From an uncultured Gemmatimonadota bacterium (GTDB lineage: Bacteria; Blakebacterota; Blakebacteria; Blakebacterales; Blakebacteraceae), in contig CAZNUA010000010.1 in assembly GCA_964576115.1 (NCBI GenBank), positions 62,001 to 93,039 of the forward strand: a stretch of DNA of 31,039 nucleotides, read 5' to 3'. Every line of letters begins with the position of its first letter. Position 1 is the stretch's first letter. Positions 9,037 to 18,537 of this stretch are shown here, one piece after another. The notes beneath the pieces were generated by a model, which made no database searches, was not told the origin of the DNA, and worked only from the letters and a program-made list of their open reading frames with translations. The position numbers were made by a program, and so were the translations under genes.

Positions 9037-9776
9037 CTCCGCCCGCCGACATCGCCATCCAGGCCGTCGACCTGACCCGTCGCTTCGGTCGTTTCACCGC
9101 CGTCGATGCCGTATCGTTCGCCGTCGCGCGAGGCGAGATATTCGGCCTGCTCGGAGCCAACGGGGCCGGGAAAACGACTATCATCCGCATGTTGACCGGT
9201 TTGCTGCGGCCCAGCGGGGGCGAGGCCTGGGTGGTGGGCGTGCCGGTTCACGACCGCCCCGAGCAGGTCAAGCCGCGCCTCGGGTATATGTCGCAGAAAT
9301 TTTCTCTCTACGAAGATCTCACGGTGGAAGAGAATCTGTCCTTCTTCGGCGGGGTGTACGGTTTGCGGCGCCGCGAACTCGCCGGTCGCCGGACCGAGCT
9401 GATCGACCTCTTCGATCTGGGCCGGATGGGAGACCGGACGACGGGGCAACTCCCGGTCGGACACCGTCAGCGGCTGGCCCTGGCCTGCGCCCTGATCCAC
9501 CGTCCATCCCTGCTCTTTCTCGACGAGCCCACCGGCGGTATCGATCCGGTGGCCCGGCGGCGCTTCTGGCGGATCATCTCCGAGGCAGCCCGACAGGGTA
9601 CGACCATCCTGGTGACCACCCACTACATGGACGAAGCCGAGTACTGTCATCGGCTCGGTATCATGCAGGCCGGCCGTCTGGCTGCGACCGGATCTCCCCC
9701 CGAGCTGCGGGCCGGTTACCGGGCGGCCTCGATCGAAGAAGTCTTCATGGCGATCGCCTCCGGGGAGGCGGCCTGA
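9033..9776 (+). CDS. ABC transporter ATP-binding protein (YbhF C-half-like)
   Basis: Walker A GANGAGKTT, signature variant LPVGHRQR, Walker B LFLDEPT, H-loop TTHYMDEAE. Confidence 0.93.
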   Translation: MTPPADIAIQAVDLTRRFGRFTAVDAVSFAVARGEIFGLLGANGAGKTTIIRMLTGLLRPSGGEAWVVGVPVHDRPEQVKPRLGYMSQKFSLYEDLTVEENLSFFGGVYGLRRRELAGRRTELIDLFDLGRMGDRTTGQLPVGHRQRLALACALIHRPSLLFLDEPTGGIDPVARRRFWRIISEAARQGTTILVTTHYMDEAEYCHRLGIMQAGRLAATGSPPELRAGYRAASIEEVFMAIASGEAA

Positions 9777-10918
9777 TGTTCGGCCGGATCGGAGCCGTCA
9801 TGGGCAAGGAACTGCGGCACATCGTACGCGATGCCCGCAGCCTGACCATCATCGTACTCATGCCGATCGTCATGACCTTTCTCTACGGCCATGCCATGAG
9901 CCTGGATATCAAGAACATTCCTCTCGGTGTGGTGGATCACGATCGCACCCCCGAGAGCCGGCAACTGACCGATGCTTTCACCGCCTCGGGCCAGTTCGTC
10001 CTCGCCGCTCGATATCCCGATGCCGACGCCGCCCGGCAGGGTATGTTGAACCGTGAAACGGTTCTCACCCTCGTTATCCCGGTCGGGTACGCCCGGGGGC
10101 TGGCGGCGGGTTCGGCGCGGGCGGTCGAGTTCGTTCTCGACGGTTCCAACGCCAACACCGCTTCGATGGCGCTGGGCTACGCCCGGGGGATCGTTTCGAA
10201 AACAGCGGTCGAGACGGCGGTCAGCCTGCTGACGGCCGAAGGGGTACAGGGAATGTCGACCACCGGCGGTCTGCCGGTCACGGTCCAGACCCGCCTCTGG
10301 TACAATCCCGAGCTGCGCAGCAGCCATTTCATCGTCCCCGCTCTGATTGCGGTCATTCTCATGATGGCCTCGGCTCTGCTCACCAGCGTCACCATCGTGC
10401 GCGAGAAGGAGACCGGCACCCTCGAACAGCTTCTGGTCAGTCCGGTCCGCAGCGGCGAGTTGATCGTCGGCAAGGTTCTCCCCTACGGATTTCTGGCCCT
10501 GGCGGACGGGGCCTTCATCCTCCTCAGCGGAGCGCTGGTGTTCGGGGTGCCGATCCGGGGCAGCCTGACCGTGCTCGCTGTCTACACCACTCTCTATATC
10601 ATGGCCGCACTGTCGATCGGTCTCTTTCTCTCCACCCTGCTGGCCGAGCAGCGGGTGGCGACCTTCGGGGCCCTGCTGGTTACTGTTCTGCCGGCCTTCA
10701 TGCTCTCCGATTTCATCTTCCCCGTGCGTAGCATGCCGGGCGTGCTGCAGCTTCTGAGCCGGACCGTGCCCGCCACCTACTACATTCCGATCGTGCGGGG
10801 AGTACTGCTCAAGGGATCGGGGGCGGCCCTGTTCTACTCCAACGGTGCTTTCATGCTCCTTTTCATGGTGTTGCTGCTGGCGGCCAGCGTGCTGCGCTTC
10901 AAGCCCCGCCTGGAGTAA
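9776..10918 (+). CDS. ABC-2 type permease (YbhS-like)
   Basis: Real start is ATG 9776 (TGATG overlap, RBS GGAGG). Motifs 'KELRHIVRD', 'WYNPELRSSHFIVP', 'REKETGTLEQLLVSP'. Confidence 0.9.
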   Translation: MFGRIGAVMGKELRHIVRDARSLTIIVLMPIVMTFLYGHAMSLDIKNIPLGVVDHDRTPESRQLTDAFTASGQFVLAARYPDADAARQGMLNRETVLTLVIPVGYARGLAAGSARAVEFVLDGSNANTASMALGYARGIVSKTAVETAVSLLTAEGVQGMSTTGGLPVTVQTRLWYNPELRSSHFIVPALIAVILMMASALLTSVTIVREKETGTLEQLLVSPVRSGELIVGKVLPYGFLALADGAFILLSGALVFGVPIRGSLTVLAVYTTLYIMAALSIGLFLSTLLAEQRVATFGALLVTVLPAFMLSDFIFPVRSMPGVLQLLSRTVPATYYIPIVRGVLLKGSGAALFYSNGAFMLLFMVLLLAASVLRFKPRLE

Positions 10919-10922
10919 GCCG

Positions 10923-12044
10923 ATGAGAAGCCTGCGCGTCATCGGTCATCTCTTCCGCAAGGAACTGATTCAGCTCCGACGCGATCATCAGCTGCGGGCC
11001 ATGGTCGCGATCATGCCGATCATCATGACCCTGCTGCTGGGGTACGCCATCACCCGCGACGTGAAGGACCTGCCGCTCGGGATCCTCGATTACGATCATT
11101 CCCCCGAGAGCCGGGGCCTGGCCGAATCCTTCCGGCACAACGAGACCTTCGCCCTGGAGCGGATCCTGGCCGGGCCGGCCCAGATGCGGGCCGGTCTCGA
11201 TGCCGGCGAGATCGCCGCCGCGCTGGTGATCCCGGCCGGGTTCGGCCGCGACCTGGGGCGGCAGAAACGGGCCGAGGTGCAGGTTATCCTCGACGGCGTG
11301 GACAGCAATGCGTCGTTGATTGCCGCGGCCCATGCCCGCGGTATCGTGGAATCGTTCGCCCTCGAGCGGGTACGGTCCCTGCTCGCAGGCCGCCCGCTGC
11401 CCGACCTGCAGCCCCGTCTCACGGTGCTGTTCAATCCCGGACTGCTGAGCCGGATCTATATGGTCCCCGGGGTGGTGGTCATCCTGCTGACCATGCTGAC
11501 CTCGCTGGTAACCGGTCTCGGCCTGGTGCGGGAGCGGGAGGCGGGTACCCTTGAACAGCTTTCGGTGACTCCGATCCGCACCGTCGAACTCGTTCTCGGC
11601 AAAGTCCTTCCCTTCGTCGGCATTGCCTTCGTCGTCCTGACCTTCGCTATCGGTATCTGCATTCTCTGGTTTCGGGTACCCCTGCGGGGGTCGATACCCC
11701 TGCTGGCATTTTTCGCCGTGCTCTTCCTCCTGAACACCCTCGGTCTGGGGATTCTGGTTTCGACGGTGGCCCGCACCCAGCAGCAGGCGCTCTTCATGGT
11801 CTGGTTCATCCTGATCTTCGGGATCATCATGTCGGGGCTGTTCTTCCCCATCGAAAACATGCCCGAGGAGATGCAGTTACTGACGTATCTGAATCCGATC
11901 CGGTACTTCCTGGCGGTGGTACGGGAGTTGTTTCTGAAGGGAAGCGGGCTGGCGACCTTCGGAACCGAACTGGCGGGCTTGCTGACTCTGGGACCGCTGG
12001 CCATGGCGTTTGCCGGCCTGCGCTTCAGCAAGCGGGTGAAGTAA
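10923..12044 (+). CDS. ABC-2 type permease (YbhR-like)
   Basis: ATG 10923 after GGAG. Motifs 'KELIQLRRD', 'FNPGL', 'REREAGTLEQLSVTP', 'SGLFFPIENMP'. Confidence 0.9.
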   Translation: MRSLRVIGHLFRKELIQLRRDHQLRAMVAIMPIIMTLLLGYAITRDVKDLPLGILDYDHSPESRGLAESFRHNETFALERILAGPAQMRAGLDAGEIAAALVIPAGFGRDLGRQKRAEVQVILDGVDSNASLIAAAHARGIVESFALERVRSLLAGRPLPDLQPRLTVLFNPGLLSRIYMVPGVVVILLTMLTSLVTGLGLVREREAGTLEQLSVTPIRTVELVLGKVLPFVGIAFVVLTFAIGICILWFRVPLRGSIPLLAFFAVLFLLNTLGLGILVSTVARTQQQALFMVWFILIFGIIMSGLFFPIENMPEEMQLLTYLNPIRYFLAVVRELFLKGSGLATFGTELAGLLTLGPLAMAFAGLRFSKRVK

Positions 12045-12065
12045 TCGGTTCGACGCCCGAACGGG

Positions 12066-12314
12066 TCAGGCGGCGCGGTGCGCACCCTCCATTGTCCGAC
12101 GTTCTTCGAGACGTGCGATCAGAGCGTCTTCGCGACGGCGCAACCGGCGTCGGATCGCCTTGCCCGCATGGGAATCGCCGGGCAGGAGGATGATCGCTCC
12201 AGCGCCGATCAGGAGCCACCCCGGCACAACGGGCAGAACCAGACCGGCACAGCCGATGACAGCTACAGTCACACCGCCTATCTGGCGGATAATGGTTGCC
12301 GGTGTTTTATTCAT
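12066..12314 (-). CDS. Small membrane protein, PGPGW/DUF454-like
   Basis: 'GCAGLVLPVVPGWLLIGAGAIIL' hairpin-membrane motif followed by a basic tail. Confidence 0.6.
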   Translation of the reverse strand: MNKTPATIIRQIGGVTVAVIGCAGLVLPVVPGWLLIGAGAIILLPGDSHAGKAIRRRLRRREDALIARLEERRTMEGAHRAA

Positions 12315-12472
12315 GATTCGTCACCACCCCCGGTTCGCCGCCTCGGGCCCGCGGCGGTCGGGACGGGTGCACCTGCTCATGAGTACTCGTCATGGCTCGC
12401 ACCCTGCTGTACTGTGATACGGTGACCGGTGGGACAAGTTCCGCAACATCAGCGTTCCCGGAGGATTCTGTG

Positions 12473-12955
12473 ATGGAATTCAGCCTGGTTGAAATCGCCA
12501 AACCGGAAGAGGTCAATGTCATCCTGGGACAGTCTCACTTCATCAAGACCGTGGAGGACCTGCACGAAACCCTGGTGCAGAGCGTGCCCGGCCTGCGCTT
12601 CGGGTTGGCTTTCTGCGAAGCCTCGGGACCGCGCCTGATACGCTTCAGCGGGACCGACGATGCCATGACCGACCTGGCCCGACGGGCCTGTGCCGACGTT
12701 GCGGCGGGACATTTCTTCGCGGTTTTTCTGGCGGAGGCCTTCCCCATCAACGTCCTCAATGCCGTCAAGGCGGTTCCCGAGGTCTGTCGTATCTTCTGCG
12801 CTACCGCCAATGCGGTACAGGTCGTGGTCGTGGAAGAAGGTGACGGTCGTGGTGTCGCGGGGGTGATTGACGGACAGATTCCCCTGGGTGAGGAGACCGA
12901 GGAGAAGCAGGTCGAGCGGCACGCCTTCCTGCGTGCGATCGGGTACAAACTCTGA
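12473..12955 (+). CDS. Adenosine-specific kinase family protein (COG1839/DUF355)
   Basis: 'NVILGQSHFIKTVEDL', 'FGLAFCEASG', 'FPINVLN', 'IFCATAN', 'FLRAIGYKL'. RBS GGAGGA before 12470/12473. Confidence 0.88.
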   Translation: MEFSLVEIAKPEEVNVILGQSHFIKTVEDLHETLVQSVPGLRFGLAFCEASGPRLIRFSGTDDAMTDLARRACADVAAGHFFAVFLAEAFPINVLNAVKAVPEVCRIFCATANAVQVVVVEEGDGRGVAGVIDGQIPLGEETEEKQVERHAFLRAIGYKL

Positions 12956-13021
12956 TCGGGTCGGGCGTGCGGTCCACCCGGACAGCCGAAGCCGGGCGCA
13001 GCAGACCTGGAGGAGGGGAAT

Positions 13022-13777
13022 ATGATTGATCTGGCGGGACGCCGGGCCCTGGTGACCGGAGGTTCGAGGGGTATCGGGGCCGCCTGCGTGCGCCTGCTCT
13101 CACGGGCCGGAGCCGCCGTGGCCTTCTCGTACCGGGAGCGGGCCGAGGCCGCCGCCGATCTGGTGCGTGATCTGGAACAGGTCGGCGGCCGGGCGATCGC
13201 CCGGCCGGCCGATCTGGGAAACCGGGAAGGTTGTGAGACCCTGGTCGCCTCGGCTGTGGCGGCCCTGGGGGGACTCGATATCCTGGTGCACAACGCCGGC
13301 ATCTGGACCTGGGGCCGGATCGAGTCGATGAACGACGAGGTGTGGAACGAGACCCTGCGGGTCAATCTCGATTCGGCTTTCTACCTGACCCGTTCGGCGG
13401 TGCCCCACCTGCGGACCGGGTCGGCCGGGCGGATCATTTACATCACCTCGACCGCGGCCCAGCGCGGCGAGGCCGAACACAGTCACTACGCCGCCAGCAA
13501 GGGGGCCCTGCAGAGCCTGACCAAATCGCTGGCTGTCGAGCTGGCCCCCGACGCCATCACCGTCAACGCCGTCGCTCCGGGCTGGATCGTGACCGATATG
13601 GTCACCGGAGCCCTGAATCCGGACCAGATAGCGGAGGTGGAACAGGGTATTCCCCGCGGGCGGATGGGGACCCCCGAAGATGTCGCCGGCCCGGTGCTCT
13701 TCCTGGCCTCCGAGCTGGCGGTGCACATGACCGGAGAGATCGTGAACGTGAACGGCGGGGCGGTTCTCTGCGGCTGA
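13022..13777 (+). CDS. SDR family oxidoreductase (FabG-like)
   Basis: TGGSRGIG, NAG, YAASK, 'VNAVAPGWI.TDM'. Confidence 0.92.
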   Translation: MIDLAGRRALVTGGSRGIGAACVRLLSRAGAAVAFSYRERAEAAADLVRDLEQVGGRAIARPADLGNREGCETLVASAVAALGGLDILVHNAGIWTWGRIESMNDEVWNETLRVNLDSAFYLTRSAVPHLRTGSAGRIIYITSTAAQRGEAEHSHYAASKGALQSLTKSLAVELAPDAITVNAVAPGWIVTDMVTGALNPDQIAEVEQGIPRGRMGTPEDVAGPVLFLASELAVHMTGEIVNVNGGAVLCG

Positions 13778-13788
13778 GTAATGGGGCG

Positions 13789-15810
13789 TTATTCCAGCTC
13801 AGGGCTCCAGATCGTGCAGCGGTTGCGGCCCTCTTTCTTGCTTACGTACATCGCGTCGTCGGCGCGCCGAACCAGTTCCTCGTGGCTGGATGCGTGCTGG
13901 GGCGCGGTGCAGATGCCCAGGCTGATTGTCAGGGGGGCTTCGCCGCCGCCCAGATTGGCTTGCTCGACCCGCGTGCGAAGCCGTTCGGCTACCTCGTGAG
14001 CGGTCGATTGGTGACACAGAGGCAGGATGGCCGCGAACTCTTCTCCCCCGTAGCGGGCTACAACGTCGGTTTCCCGCATGGTCCCGGTGATCAGTTCCGC
14101 GATCCGGCGCAGCACCTCATCGCCGCGCAGGTGTCCCCAGGTATCGTTGTAGTTCTTGAAAAAATCGATATCGAGCATGATGAGTGATAGGGGGTAGGTG
14201 TAGCGAACGGCGCGCTTGTACTCGGCCTCGAGACGGACGAAAAACTGCCGGTGGTTGAACAGGCCGGTCAGACCGTCGGTCACGGCCATCAGAGCCAGTT
14301 CTTCGTAAAGCAGGGCCTTGGCCAGGATCTGCGAGATCTGGGCGGCAACGATCTCGACCACCCGCAGGTCCTCTTCGCTGAAGGCGTTGATCTGGTCGCT
14401 CTCCAGATTGAGTACCCCGGCAACCTTTCCCTTGTTGGTCAGCGGTACGGCCAGCTCGCTGCGGATGGTCGGATCAACGGGTACGTAGCGGTTGTCACGG
14501 GTGACATCGGGGATGTATTGCGTGATACCCGACTCGGCGGCGATGCCGGTCACCCCTTTGCCGACCCGCATATTCAGTTCGGTCAATAGTTCCAGGTTCC
14601 CGCCGGCTGCGGCGTGAACCCGCATATCGAGACCGTTTTCCTCGATCAGCAGTATGCCCACCACGGTGGTATTCATGGCCTCATGCACTTCATCGACAAT
14701 CGTACCCAGTAGATCGCCCAGGTCCTCGGTGGTGGCGATGGCTCGCGTCACCCGGTTCAGCAGCTCGAGTTCGCGCATGCGGGCGACGGCGTCTTCGAGG
14801 GCCAGAGCATGCTTGAGGGTGACCCCGGCCTGGGCCGCCACGATGCTTGCCAGACGCAGGTCTTCGGGGCGGAACGCCGCCAGCCGGTCCGACTCCAGAT
14901 TCAACACCCCGATGACCTCCCCCTCGGCTGAAATCGGCACCGCCATCTCGCTCTTCACGTCGGGACGGCTGGGAACGTAGTCGGGATTCTGCTCGACATC
15001 TTCCACGAGCAGCGGTTGACCGGTCTGGAAAACCGCGCCGACGATCCCCTCGCCGGGCTGGAGCCGGAGTCCACCGTATGATTCGATCGTGGCTCCGAAC
15101 GCGGCCCGGATGGCCAGGTAGAGACCCGGTTGTTCCTCGTCCTCCCCGGCCAGCAGGATATGGCCGTAGCGGGCGCCGAACGCCTGCGACAGGGTTTCCA
15201 CCAGTTTGTCCAGACGCATGGGCAGGGGACGTTTCGACTGCAGGATGCCGCTGAGATCGTGCAGCAGGAGCAGGCGGTGGAACTGCTTGGCCAGTTCGTC
15301 CTGCAGAGCCCGGCTCTCGATCGTACGACCCAGGGCGCGGGCAAGCAGGACCATGGTTTCCATCTGCTGCATTGCCGTTGCGGCCCGGGCTCCAAAGAGG
15401 ACGACCAGAACCCCGAGCCCGCGCTCCCCGCTGCCGACCCGGATTCCGACCGCGCTCCGTACCTCAGGGTGATCGGCGATGGCCGGCGGCAGACCGGTCT
15501 TGACGGCTTCGCCTTCCACGATCTGGGCTTCGCCGCTGGCGAAGACGATTCCCACCAGGCCTTCATCCTCGGGCACAGAGGCCTTTTCCCACCCCGGCGG
15601 GAATTCGCCCGAAACCCCCTGCAGGTTCAGGCACTGCTCCGACTGGCTGTACTCCCACCAGAGCACCCCGGTCGCCTGAAAGAGCTCCTGTACCCCCCGT
15701 AGAAACTCCTCGATCGAAGCCGCTACTCCGCCCGAACCGTGCAGGTGGCTGAGGGCTTCGACGAGCCGGTTGGTGTAAGCCCGGGTATCTTCGGCTGAAT
15801 AGGGCGTCAT
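13789..15810 (-). CDS. Diguanylate cyclase with three GAF domains
   Basis: GAF repeats ('GEGIVG..SEMAVPI..GVLNLESD', 'GKGVTG..SELAVPL..GVLNLESD'), 'TDGLTGLFN', 'DIDFFK', A-site RYGGEEF, I-site RETD. RBS AGGAGG. Confidence 0.93.
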   Translation of the reverse strand: MTPYSAEDTRAYTNRLVEALSHLHGSGGVAASIEEFLRGVQELFQATGVLWWEYSQSEQCLNLQGVSGEFPPGWEKASVPEDEGLVGIVFASGEAQIVEGEAVKTGLPPAIADHPEVRSAVGIRVGSGERGLGVLVVLFGARAATAMQQMETMVLLARALGRTIESRALQDELAKQFHRLLLLHDLSGILQSKRPLPMRLDKLVETLSQAFGARYGHILLAGEDEEQPGLYLAIRAAFGATIESYGGLRLQPGEGIVGAVFQTGQPLLVEDVEQNPDYVPSRPDVKSEMAVPISAEGEVIGVLNLESDRLAAFRPEDLRLASIVAAQAGVTLKHALALEDAVARMRELELLNRVTRAIATTEDLGDLLGTIVDEVHEAMNTTVVGILLIEENGLDMRVHAAAGGNLELLTELNMRVGKGVTGIAAESGITQYIPDVTRDNRYVPVDPTIRSELAVPLTNKGKVAGVLNLESDQINAFSEEDLRVVEIVAAQISQILAKALLYEELALMAVTDGLTGLFNHRQFFVRLEAEYKRAVRYTYPLSLIMLDIDFFKNYNDTWGHLRGDEVLRRIAELITGTMRETDVVARYGGEEFAAILPLCHQSTAHEVAERLRTRVEQANLGGGEAPLTISLGICTAPQHASSHEELVRRADDAMYVSKKEGRNRCTIWSPELE

Positions 15811-15915
15811 CTGCCTCCTGAAGACTGCCTTTGCGAACCCTCACACCTTACTTGAGGGAGCGGTCATGTGACAAGTGTCGGCACTGCTCGAACACCGCCG
15901 ACGGGGCGCAACTCC

Positions 15916-15945
15916 TTGCCGCCACGGGATCCCCACGCCTATACT
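15916..15945 (+). promoter_or_regulatory. Sigma70-type promoter of mlaE, probably leaderless
   Basis: TTGCCG (15916-15921), 18-bp spacer, TATACT (15940-15945). The ATG lies 8 nt downstream with no SD sequence. Confidence 0.55.
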
Positions 15946-15953
15946 GTCGCTCC

Positions 15954-16772
15954 ATGGCCCAGGCCTCCACGTTCAGCAACCGACTTCTGACCCTGCCGGG
16001 ACGGATCGGCGCCAACACCCGGCGCTATCTGCAACGGTTGTCCGATAAAATCCGCTTCGCTCTGCAGGTGGCCGGCGTTCTCTTCCGGCTCCCCGCACTG
16101 GGTATAGGTTACACCTGGCGGGTCATTCTCAACCAGATCAGGTTCACCGGGGTGCAGGCGTTACCCTTTGTGACGTTTGTCTCGGCTGCGAGTTCGGCCC
16201 TGATCGTCATCCAGGTTCTCAGCCAGGCCTCCCGGGTCGGGTTCGAGGGCATCATCGGCACCGTATTCGTCGCCGCTCTGATCCGGGAACTCGGCCCGAT
16301 CCTGACCGCCGTGGTTGTCATCGGCCGGTCGGGAACCGCGATCGCAGCCGAGCTGGGTACCAACCAGGTCATGGAGGAGATCACCGCCCTGGAGACAATG
16401 GGAATAGATCCCCTGCATTACGTTGTTTTCCCGCGCCTGATCGGGGTTACGATCGCCACTGTCTGCCTGGTTGTCTATTTCGATGCCGTCGCGATTCTCT
16501 TCGGCTTCTTTGCCGCTCAGCTCACCGTCAGCATGACTCTGAGTACCTACCTGCAGTACATCGCCGATCAAGCCGCCCTGATCGACTTCTGGGTCACCGG
16601 TCTCAAGGGTCTGCTCTTCGGCATGATCATCGCTCTGATTCCCTCCTACCACGGCTTGATCGTCAAGGGCGCGCCGACCGACGTTCCCAAAGCCACCACC
16701 CGGGCCGTGGTCGAGTGTCTGGCTCTGGTATTCCTCGTCTCGGCCGTCGTATCGGTCCTCTTCTACTACTGA
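15954..16772 (+). CDS. mlaE: MlaE-family ABC permease
   Basis: 'IRELGPILTAVVVIGRSGTAIAAELG', 'EEITALETMGIDPLHYVVFPR', 'VPKATTRAVV'. Confidence 0.88.
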   Translation: MAQASTFSNRLLTLPGRIGANTRRYLQRLSDKIRFALQVAGVLFRLPALGIGYTWRVILNQIRFTGVQALPFVTFVSAASSALIVIQVLSQASRVGFEGIIGTVFVAALIRELGPILTAVVVIGRSGTAIAAELGTNQVMEEITALETMGIDPLHYVVFPRLIGVTIATVCLVVYFDAVAILFGFFAAQLTVSMTLSTYLQYIADQAALIDFWVTGLKGLLFGMIIALIPSYHGLIVKGAPTDVPKATTRAVVECLALVFLVSAVVSVLFYY

Positions 16773-16782
16773 TGGTGACGAC

Positions 16783-17619
16783 GTGAATCCCCGCACCGAC
16801 TTCCAGGATATCATCAGCGGCGGAGGTGCTCTGCTGGCGGGCAGGACCGTGCTTGCCTGCCGGGGACTCGACGTCTCGCACGACGGTCTGCCGCTCCTGC
16901 GCGACTTCGACCTCGAACTCATGACCGGCGAGACCGTTGCGATCGTGATCGAATCGGAATGGGGAGCCCGGCTCATCCCGCGCCTGATGATCGGGGTCGA
17001 AGTACCCGAAGCCGGGACCATTGAACTTTTCGGAACCACCATCACCGATCTGAACGAACGCCTCAAACTCGCCCTGCGGCACCAGGTCGGTTACCTCTTC
17101 CACAACAGCGGCCTGATCCACAATCTGACGGTGTGGTACAATATCGCTCTGCCGGCTCTGTACCACAGCCGCTTCACCGACCTGCCGGGTGTCAGCGCCA
17201 GAGTGGACCGGTTGATTGCCCGCTGCGAACTGGAGCGCTATCGTGATCTGCGGCCGGCCCTGCTCGACGAAGCGACCCGCAAGCGGGTCGCCCTGGCCCG
17301 GGCCTGGGTCATGGCCCCGCCCATGCTCGTCTTCGAGGATCCGCTCATGGATATTGACGTCGGCTCGGGAAGCGAACTGCTCGATCTGGCCTTCGGCCCG
17401 TCTCCCGACGGGTATGCCGGGAAAGATCCCCGCCCCGTCTCGCCGGCTGTTCTCCTCACCAGCCAGGGGCTGCATGAAGGTTTGTTCCGCTATGTCGATC
17501 GGCTCATAGTCGTCGAGAACGCCGAAGTGATCTTTGCTGATAGTCCCCGCATATTCGATCGGAGAGGCAAGCTCTTTCCCCGTGATGTCATTGAGAGCAA
17601 AGGGAACGATCAGGCATGA
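16783..17619 (+). CDS. MlaF-like ABC ATP-binding subunit with degenerate catalytic motifs
   Basis: 'VGYLFH.SGLIHNLTVWYNIALP' and 'KRVALARA' are MlaF-like, but Walker A, signature, Walker B and H-loop are all altered. Confidence 0.75.
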   Translation: MNPRTDFQDIISGGGALLAGRTVLACRGLDVSHDGLPLLRDFDLELMTGETVAIVIESEWGARLIPRLMIGVEVPEAGTIELFGTTITDLNERLKLALRHQVGYLFHNSGLIHNLTVWYNIALPALYHSRFTDLPGVSARVDRLIARCELERYRDLRPALLDEATRKRVALARAWVMAPPMLVFEDPLMDIDVGSGSELLDLAFGPSPDGYAGKDPRPVSPAVLLTSQGLHEGLFRYVDRLIVVENAEVIFADSPRIFDRRGKLFPRDVIESKGNDQA

Positions 17620-18536
17620 ATTTCGAACGTCAGGACATCGGACTGGGACTCTTCGTACTGACTGCCGCCGCGGCGGTTCTCATCGGACTGGTGGGCGTGG
17701 CGGGAATCCTCAAGCATGACACGATCGACCTCCACGTCATCGTCGAATCGGTTCCCAGCGTGCGGCGGGGCTCGGTTGTCTACGTGCAGGGGTACCGGGT
17801 CGGTGAACTGAACCGGATTTCGCCGGTCACCTACCCCAAACTCGCCTTCATGCTGACCTTTGAAGTCGACGCCGAATTCCCGCTCTATCAAGGGACCACG
17901 GCGGCGATCGGTGCCCAGGGATTCATCGGCGACGCCATTATCGACCTGCAGTTGCCCGAGCGACCCGGGCGCCGGCTGGCCGATGGCGATACCATTCCCG
18001 AGGCCAGCATCCCCGATCTCTCCCTCGTGATCAGCCGGGCCGATACCCTGGCCCAGGCGATTCAGCAGGTGGCCCTGCGCCTGGCGGATATCCTCAGCCC
18101 CCAGGCAGCGGGCTCGCTGATCGACGAATTGCGTGCAACCCTCGTCAGCACCCGGGAAACATTCGCGGTTCTCGAAGATCAATTCGTCGATCTCGCCGAC
18201 AGCCTGCGGTACGGCATGCGGGCTGCGACCGGTTCTCTGGAGCAGGTTTCCGGCATTCTGACCGAAAACCGGGAACGAATCAGCGGCACCCTCGATTCCA
18301 CCCAGGCCATGATCGCGGGCCTGCGCGATCTGGCCGGTTCGGCCGATGCCCTGATCGACACCACCGGACCGGGTCTGCAGCGCAGTCTGGCCGAACTCGA
18401 ACAGATCCTGGCCGAACTGAAGGTCCTGGTAGGCGATATGAATCGGTACACTTTCTGGCAGATGCTGTTCAAGAACCGGCACCCCGACGATCCCCCCGAA
18501 GGTCATTCCGACGATCCCCCCGGCGGAGGGCACTAG
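17616..18536 (+). CDS. MCE/MlaD family protein with long helical C-terminal region
   Basis: N-terminal TM 'GLFVL', MCE motifs 'GSVVYVQGYRVGEL' and 'GFIGDAIIDL.....LADGDTI', then heptad-rich helices. Confidence 0.85.
   Translation: MNFERQDIGLGLFVLTAAAAVLIGLVGVAGILKHDTIDLHVIVESVPSVRRGSVVYVQGYRVGELNRISPVTYPKLAFMLTFEVDAEFPLYQGTTAAIGAQGFIGDAIIDLQLPERPGRRLADGDTIPEASIPDLSLVISRADTLAQAIQQVALRLADILSPQAAGSLIDELRATLVSTRETFAVLEDQFVDLADSLRYGMRAATGSLEQVSGILTENRERISGTLDSTQAMIAGLRDLAGSADALIDTTGPGLQRSLAELEQILAELKVLVGDMNRYTFWQMLFKNRHPDDPPEGHSDDPPGGGH
18484..18522 (+). repeat. 15-bp direct repeat with 24-bp period in the mlaD 3' end
   Basis: CCGACGATCCCCCCG at 18484 and 18508, encoding HPDDPPEG/HSDDPPGG. Confidence 0.6.
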
Positions 18537-18537
18537 C

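Noticed and set aside
8783-9775. N-terminal extension of the 711-aa ORF 8783-10918
   Set aside because: It overlaps two ABC ATPase genes in another frame; the permease starts at 9776.
12392-12469. Longer N-terminus for the adenosine-kinase-family ORF
   Set aside because: The RBS and the family N-terminus both point to 12470/12473.
12473-12955. Functional link between the adenosine-kinase-family gene and the cyclic-nucleotide cluster
   Set aside because: It is a widespread gene in a separate transcription unit; only loose proximity supports a link.
15868-15883. CRP-like site TGTGA-N6-TCGGC between the GGDEF and mlaE genes
   Set aside because: The second half-site matches poorly; not distinguishable from chance.
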